64,000 bases of DNA. It comes from Lepidodermella squamata. Its lineage: Eukaryota > Animalia > Gastrotricha. Below the pieces are notes generated by a model, which saw nothing but the letters and a program-made list of their open reading frames with translations, had not been told where the DNA came from and did not search any database. Both the position numbers and the translations under genes were made by a program. Shown here one piece after another: positions 59,200 through 64,000 of this stretch (position 1 is the first letter of the stretch; each line of letters begins with the position of its first letter). The stretch covers positions 186,001 to 250,000 of the forward strand of contig JBLDXI010000016.1 in assembly GCA_047495785.1 (NCBI GenBank). The letters run 5' to 3'.

Positions 59200-59595
59200 A
59201 TATCACAACACTACCCGGTGTCGCTACGGTGATGCCGAGAAAGAAACCCTCGACCCTCGCTCATGTGTTAGGCGCTTGTAAGCACAATAGCTTCCTCATC
59301 AACAAACGGCACAACACTGTGCGCAGAATGATTGATAATGCATTCAGAAGTCAAGGACACCGGGTGTATGAAGAAAGCCACTGCAGAGCCGGACCTGGGC
59401 GAAATCATCGTTTTCACATTCTCGTCATCAAGGGAAAATAAGGCCTGGGTATCGATCCAACAATCCGTTTCGAAGGACGAAACGATCAATTCGACACTGT
59501 TGACGAGGAGAAAAAATCAATTTACGAACCCTGTGCAAACGACATCTGTGAACAATGGAAGCTGGACGAAGTTACCGTGCAAGGACTCTACCGAA
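59200..59595 (+). mobile_element. 3' fragment of an RLE-type non-LTR retrotransposon (R2/NeSL/Utopia-like)
   Basis: CR...ETL.HVLGAC......RHN..R..I.....GHRVYEE.HC.......IDPTIRFE....VDEEKKSIYEP: CCHC knuckle plus restriction-like endonuclease; has frameshift and stop. Confidence 0.78.
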
Positions 59596-60308
59596 AAAAA
59601 TCTGACCGCTGATCACTACGTTCTTTATAGTTATGTCACACAAATGAAAACATCCAATGAGGCGCCGGCTCAACGCGGATACGTGTTAGTCGGAGAAGTC
59701 GGCAGGGACTGACAGACATGAGCCCCCCGCGGTGACGTAATGACATTACGGCCGAGCCTGCCCAAGAAAAGATTGGCTTCGCTCGGCAACTGCTACGCTT
59801 TTTAGTTGTTGGCTGAATTTCCGGTATTTCTGGGGCCTAATCAATAAGGTATTTTTGGGATATCCACCTTGGCCTGGTAACTGGGGGTACGCTAACCCCA
59901 TTACCCCGGCCCATCGCGTGCTGGCTTTAGCTCTAGTAAGAAACGTCATTCCTCCATAAAGTTTGCCGAATTTTAGAAAAGTTAATATTCTGTACTGCGA
60001 TTAGCTCGAAATTGTGAAATTATCAACGTTACATCATAATACTTTTTGCAAGTTAGACTGAATCGAACCGAGTTTTACTAAGCAACGCAATAAACGATAA
60101 ACAGAGAATCTCTAGTTTAATCAAACATAACGAATCATAGTAAATAATGAGGCAGAATTGACTGGCCCGAATCGACATAGTTTTACTAAGCAACGCAATA
60201 AACGATAGACGACAATAGAGAGAATCCAAGAGAATCTCCGGCTTAACCGTAATGAATTATCAGTGAATAATGAGGCAGAGTTGTCGCCAACAGCTAGCGG
60301 ATTTCGGC

Positions 60309-62990
60309 TCAACTAATCAATCCCAAGCATAGGTCGATGTTTTTGGCGAACGGGAAGTACTTGTTGTATCGGCCGACCTGTTGGGTAAACAACAATTACA
60401 GTATCTCGCAGTTCACATTAGAAGCATAATCATCGACTTACCTCCAGCTCGCCAGCATCGCACTTGCCATCACATCTGTTGCCTCTGCTGGCTGAGAAAC
60501 ACTTTCTAGCAGTCTGGATAATGGATTAACATTTCATCTCATATGAGGATGAGGTAATCGTACATACCGCTCTTGGGCATTTGTCTTCGAAAACAGCCCC
60601 GTGACTCAGGAATGTGAATTCAGTTGCGCTGTTGCACTGGCGACGGCAAGCCGTGAAGCGCTTGCTGGCTTTGGACCCACAACGGAATCGAACCTTATCC
60701 GACGTTGGATCACTTGCTGTTCGATAAACGACGTAGGTTCAATGAATTTCAAATTCAATGAATTTAAATATTGAATTTAAATTGAATTGGATAGTGCAAT
60801 CGGAATGTCACAACTCTCGGTTTGGCTCCGAGCATCGTCTGTGAAGCAATAAGGACCTGTCGGTCGCGACTCGGGGTTTCGACAGAAATTTTGTGATTCG
60901 TTGACCAATCCGCGTGGGTATTGAAAATGCTCGTACAGTTTCGTTGTAAAGTCTGGCGGAACGGGCCACGACTTGCACGTCAGGCCAGACTTGGTCTTCG
61001 AAACTTTGCCTTCGTAGTCGTAGCCACTCGCTGTCAGTCGCAGCTCAGTCTTGTCATCTGTCAGGCAGGATCGAGCAACGAGTCTGAATCCTTTACCAGG
61101 GCTCTTTGAGTTTGCTCTGAAGTGAACGACGGCTGTATTCCCAGCAGTCTCGTAAATTCTGCCTGAGCTAACGCCGTAAGAGCAGATTCGCAAGTAAGGT
61201 TTTGTGCCATCAATCGGATCGCGAAATTCGACGTAATCTATGCACGATTCGTTTTTCGTCGACCAGCCATCACTCACTAGCATTAGTTAGAAAATTACGA
61301 TTACGACAGGTAAATCGCGATTCAGAAACTTGAACTACCAAATTTTTCACTTTTCCCCAACTTATTAAACTACTGCAGTCAGAAAACGATCCCACTTGGA
61401 AGCCGTTTAAAAAATTGTGAAATTATCAGCAACGACCGCACTGTTAGTATGTTTCCCTTGTTGAAATAAACACCCACCATCTCCAATGGTTAAATCAGGC
61501 TTGCCATCAAAACCAAACGCAATTCCAGGCTGAAGTATTGATAAAATAACTTTTATTAGATTCAAATTAAAAATCTGATTACCTGACCACTGATGATTCG
61601 CCATGAGCAAACGCTCCCTAAAGTGTAGTTGTTAGGATAGTTAGGCGATTCGATGACTTGCGAGACGCAGGGCTGGAGATTGATCACACCCCCACAAGTT
61701 TCACCTGGAAATGGAGGTAAAGCCTCGCAAGTTGGACCACCGAAGCCGGGCGGGCACTTGCAGATGGTGCAGTTTTTAGGATCCTGATAGCCACCGTATT
61801 TGCAGCTCGGAGCTGGACCATTGCATTGGGCTAAAATATAAGATAAGTGCGGAAATCGTAATAATAAAAATAGATAAAAATATACAGCATTGTCTATGAG
61901 TCTCCTTTCGAAAAAAATCTCCGCCTTCGATTGGCAGAATCACTCACCCAAGCAGTCGTAGATCATGTTGAAATATTTGAGGTTGTTGAACGATGGCAGC
62001 GGGGCATTCATTGCGCTTTACTACGATCTTTCGGTTGGAAATCTCCACCGGCGTAGAGTGGATGTAACATGGTAACCGAGGCGTAGTCGAACGGTATTCC
62101 AAAGTCATCGAAGTTAGTTTGGAGGTAGTTCGAAAAGCTAATTTTCGCAGAGTTTAAATAATGAAGCATCCATTCCTATGAGCTTGGCAGACTCACTAAG
62201 AACCGGGATTCATTACGCTGATGAACGTATCTCGATCTGGTCGCGTATGCTCTAGAGGCTGCAAGAATTTGAAAAAATTCACCCAACGGATTGAAAACTG
62301 ACGCAGGCCAACTTACAACGCCTATTCTGGTAGCAAAGGAGCGCTGAAAAGCCTGAATTGTAGGAAAGATTTAACCAAGATTTGTCGCATCGCAAGTTTT
62401 TCTATCTTGAGTTGATTTTACAACCTGATACTGCGATACTCATGACTAACATGAACTCGGAACTTGAGATTACAGAATGATAGGAAGGCCCAATAAAAAG
62501 CAGCTACCTCGGAGTTTTTTCTCGTAACAGACCTTTATCCCCGCATAAATGCTGCCACTTGTCTTTCCAGGCTCGAGGTACTGCTCTGTTCCACTGCATG
62601 AAAATTGCAAATTCATCATAGACGTAGTAGTCATTATTTATAAGAAGCTCACACTTCCGGGACAGCTTCGGTAACTTCTAGATAATTCGCGTTCGAGCTG
62701 TTCATAATCTGGAAATCGAAGCAAGTATGTTGCTTGTAGAAGTTGAGAGCGGCCTCGAATTCGACAATAAAGGCAGGTGCTATGAAGTAAAGGGGGAGAG
62801 TGACACGTTTTGATGCAAAATAGCTGTTACTCATAAACTGTTTTATAAACTATCCCGAGAGGCAGCGGCCAGCAAATTGGTGCAGCAGCCTGCAGACTTG
62901 GGCTTTCACCATCTCGACTGTTCTGAGATCCTCCACGCTGTGGCCGGCAATTGAATTAAGCTGTTTTCTTTTGTTTTCATCCAGTTATTC
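60309..62990 (-). pseudogene. Astacin-like (catalytically dead)-EGF-CUB-kringle gene, copy B, frameshifted; 5' end uncertain
   Basis: Similar exon series to copy A; CUB/kringle exon nearly identical; net 4-nt deletion near 62012-62025 gives a premature TGA at 62008-62010. Confidence 0.7.
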
Positions 62991-64000
62991 AGCAACTTAC
63001 ACTCATAACGATTGCCATGTTAATGCAAGCTATCGTCAGTGAGAGATCCCGCGAATAAAACATTTCCAGAAGTGAAAATATATTCTAAGCTAGGGCAAAA
63101 ATCAACTCGTGACAAGGTTCGATCTTGGATCCTGGAGGAATTTTGAAGATTTTCCACTAAAACGAATGTCCACGAACGAAAATTTACAGGCGAAGTAACA
63201 TTAAAATTAGAAAATAGAGAACATGTAAAGGTCCTGGTAAGACGAGCCTGTTCTCGTTCGAAATAGGGCACAATTTGGCGATGCTGCTTTTACATAGATG
63301 TGTCGGTAGATTAATTTTCGGTTAATTTTAATTTTGAAAAGTTCTAATTGTGGTGATCGTTATCCCGAACGGTCTTTACCTTGAATGACAGGTAAAGTCG
63401 CTTCAGGAAGGAGAGTGGAATAAGCTCAGGTAACAAATCCGATACAATAGTGTCAAATGTTATCCTATTTCACGCTACGTTATTTATCGAGCTGGAAAAA
63501 ATTGGAAATATAAATTTCGGTGTAAATGTATTTGCGAATTTCATGTTTTTTGTTTAGCACTTGTTTTTATGCTTTTATGAAAATCGGCGCGCGTTCAGTC
63601 AGCTGAGCCCACGCGATCAGAATAACTGTGCGTATTGCGCGTCATTCATTTGGTGATTTCGAACAACTGGGCAAGAGCTTTTTTGATCGATGTTCTTCAA
63701 CATTGATAAGCACATCACATTGGCAGCATCAAATTTAAGATCAGACACACATTGCAAACGCAATAATAATTCGATCAAAGAAATATCAATATCAGCAACA
63801 TTTTTTCTCAAGCATTTCCTTGAAAACATTTTTTATTTTACAATACAATTTAGAGATACTCGAATCATTTTTCCAGTCTGATGAAGTTACAACCGAAGTG
63901 TACTGGTTACTGTTCAGGAGATTTTAAAAGCTCGAGGTGCAAATCTACGAATAGCTCATTTACCAACAGATGATACATCTCGCGGAAGTCCCCGAAGCCC

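Noticed and set aside
60060-60215. 29-bp direct repeat agttttactaagcaacgcaataaacgata
   Set aside because: Only two copies in the 3' flank of astacin B; simple local duplication

Overview
Eukaryotic (invertebrate-animal-like) genomic DNA with short ~50-70 nt GT-AG introns; no prokaryotic features. The first ~50 kb hold a tandem array of pentameric Cys-loop ligand-gated ion channel (pLGIC) genes. Fourteen closely related ~375-390 aa subunits with intronless CDS lie on the minus strand. There is also one divergent intronless relative on the plus strand and one conventional 5-exon nAChR-like gene. The 14 share non-canonical features: no loop-B Trp or loop-C vicinal Cys, His-rich extracellular motifs, an invariant N-glycosylation sequon in loop C, a PDRP pore entrance and a very short M3-M4 loop. 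All have intact reading frames and show segmental duplication and gene-conversion signatures. By analogy with cephalopod chemotactile receptors, I infer a lineage-specific ionotropic chemoreceptor repertoire. Embedded in or next to the array are a divergent GABA-B-type class C GPCR, a small Cys-rich secreted protein and an orphan 4-TM protein. The last ~11 kb carry two tandem astacin-EGF-CUB-kringle genes whose zinc-binding motif is destroyed (pseudo-proteases; one copy is frameshifted). Intergenic DNA contains Tc1/mariner-type and hAT-type MITEs, a TIR element carrying a 191-bp tandem array, LINE fragments and a decayed Crypton-like tyrosine recombinase. All assignments come from reading motifs by eye; no database searches were run.
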